Shown here piece by piece: positions 45,171-46,523 of a stretch of 46,523 bases of DNA; position 1 is the stretch's first letter, and every line of letters starts with the position of its first letter. Source of the stretch: Pseudomonadales bacterium (GTDB taxonomy: Bacteria; Pseudomonadota; Gammaproteobacteria; Pseudomonadales; Dasaniaceae); contig JAZFYA010000072.1 in NCBI GenBank assembly GCA_036443315.1, positions 1 to 46,523 on the forward strand, written 5' to 3'. Under the pieces are notes generated by a model. The model was not told where the DNA came from and made no database searches. It was given only the letters and a program-made list of their open reading frames with translations. Made by a program: the position numbers and the translations under genes.

Positions 45171-46412
45171 ATGACTATTCAAGCAACTACAAAAACCGTC
45201 AATAAAGTCATCGGTATCGTTTTGAACATTTCCTCAGTATCACCTACTACCAGCATTAACTTTTCAAAGTTGGAAGCTGAGGTGAAGGGTTTGCCAAAAT
45301 GTTTTAACAAGGTAATGCAGCTCGATAAATTTGTTGAAGGGTTCTTGAACCGTTTTAACAACCTTCGCCAGCAGGCGGAGGCAGAGTCTGCACAGCTAGC
45401 TGGAAAGTGGGGTGGTGCAACCGTTCACACTAAAGGTAATGCTGTATCTCGTTGTGCCGAACTGACTAAACTTCGTAATGAATGGTATGTACTGAAAGCA
45501 GAAGCGGAGATAAGTTACACCTCCATGCTTGAAACGCGCCTTAAAGAGGTGTACGAAACATTCAAAAACGATGGTTTGACAGATGAAAAGGCTAAAAGTT
45601 TTATTGAAGTCTTTTCGAAAAAGCAGCCAACCTGGATAGAATTCGACAAAGCGTTACAGTTCGAATTTGATGTGACTTGCGTCAATCTTGACGAAGGGTC
45701 ATTTGATCCAGAGTTGTATGAGGTAATGGGCGTTACAGTCCAGAACCTTAAAGAAAGTGTCATGACCAATATGGTTACGGACATGATCAGGGCTGCAGGA
45801 GAGGTGTACGAAACAATTTCAAAGAATGAATGTTCTGCGAAAAGTGAGGATACATTCCGTATCCACTCTCGTACCACAAAAAAGGTAATTGCATTAACAG
45901 GACCGATGAAAGAGTTGGGTTTTTTACATCCCAATATCAAAGAAGTCGGCCGTCAACTGGAAAAAGCACTCGTGCAATTCCAGGAGACGGATGAAGCCCT
46001 GCGCGGCCATGCATATTTCAACTTCCGGGAGCTGATGTTTGCTCTTAAGGAGGGTGATGACGTATGGCACAAGATCCGTAACAACTTGCCACTCATTGAG
46101 AGTGAGCCTGTAGCGGAGAAACAGGAAATGCTTCCTGAGAGGGGAAAAATGACCGTAGATTCTTTGGAGTCAACAGCCATTCTAACCCCATCAGTACCTG
46201 CTGACATTACTCCAGTTACCTCGCTTTTTGAGCGTGATACATCGCCTGTCAAGCTTGTCTCAGACGGCGATATGGATGAGAAAGCAACTACCGAACTTAC
46301 GCCACTGGCGCCTGATTTATCAGACGATGAGGAGGCGAGGACTGAAACATCTTTTGAGCAGACTGCCGCTTCGCAAGAAGAAGTAGAACTGTTTCAAATG
46401 GCATGTTTTTAA
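45171..46412 (+). CDS. DUF3150-like protein of ICE/IncC-type backbones
   Basis: L..F..LRQQAE, final ELGFLHPNI helix pattern; follows the VWA/AAA pair. Confidence 0.65.
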   Translation: MTIQATTKTVNKVIGIVLNISSVSPTTSINFSKLEAEVKGLPKCFNKVMQLDKFVEGFLNRFNNLRQQAEAESAQLAGKWGGATVHTKGNAVSRCAELTKLRNEWYVLKAEAEISYTSMLETRLKEVYETFKNDGLTDEKAKSFIEVFSKKQPTWIEFDKALQFEFDVTCVNLDEGSFDPELYEVMGVTVQNLKESVMTNMVTDMIRAAGEVYETISKNECSAKSEDTFRIHSRTTKKVIALTGPMKELGFLHPNIKEVGRQLEKALVQFQETDEALRGHAYFNFRELMFALKEGDDVWHKIRNNLPLIESEPVAEKQEMLPERGKMTVDSLESTAILTPSVPADITPVTSLFERDTSPVKLVSDGDMDEKATTELTPLAPDLSDDEEARTETSFEQTAASQEEVELFQMACF

Positions 46413-46515
46413 ACTAACCGCTCCCTTTAGGGGGCACTTACCTGACCGGGCAAACACACTCCCGGTCGGGATCAGTGTGTCTGCCCTTTTCTATTAACAA
46501 AAGAGGAGAGCAGTC

Positions 46516-46523
46516 ATGCAGTA
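46516..46523 (+). CDS. Start of next gene (runs off the right edge)
   Basis: GAGGAG RBS then ATG CAG. Confidence 0.5.

Overview
Core of a large gammaproteobacterial extrachromosomal replicon (megaplasmid or chromid-like). It carries a replication/partition block (parB-parA <- iteron origin -> RctB-like initiator + tandem DnaT-like gene, with a second degenerate ParB and two parS-like palindromes), a Pil-Chp type chemosensory cluster (pilG, cheW/pilI, pilJ, cheR, chpA, cheB; a pilH-like gene lies in a separate operon), its own recA and ssb, an orphan traU-like gene, a secreted nuclease, a divergent RpoD-like sigma factor, an intact and a decayed TonB-domain gene, several IS and gene remnants, and an SXT/IncC-like block (toprim primase, CobT-like VWA, CobS-like AAA, DUF3150-like). 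The most notable non-annotated signals are: (i) a GTTCTGCCACA-N12-TANNNT promoter-like motif found three times between genes, including just upstream of the sigma gene and of recA, suggesting a replicon-specific sigma regulon; (ii) a TGCGCCATTGGCGCA palindrome 9-10 bp upstream of four sigma70-like promoters; (iii) recurrent mutually exclusive hairpins in front of the genes in the right-hand block, plus a ~400-nt structured leader; (iv) a small membrane peptide gene with type I toxin-like RNA architecture. All family calls come from motif recognition by eye; no searches were run.
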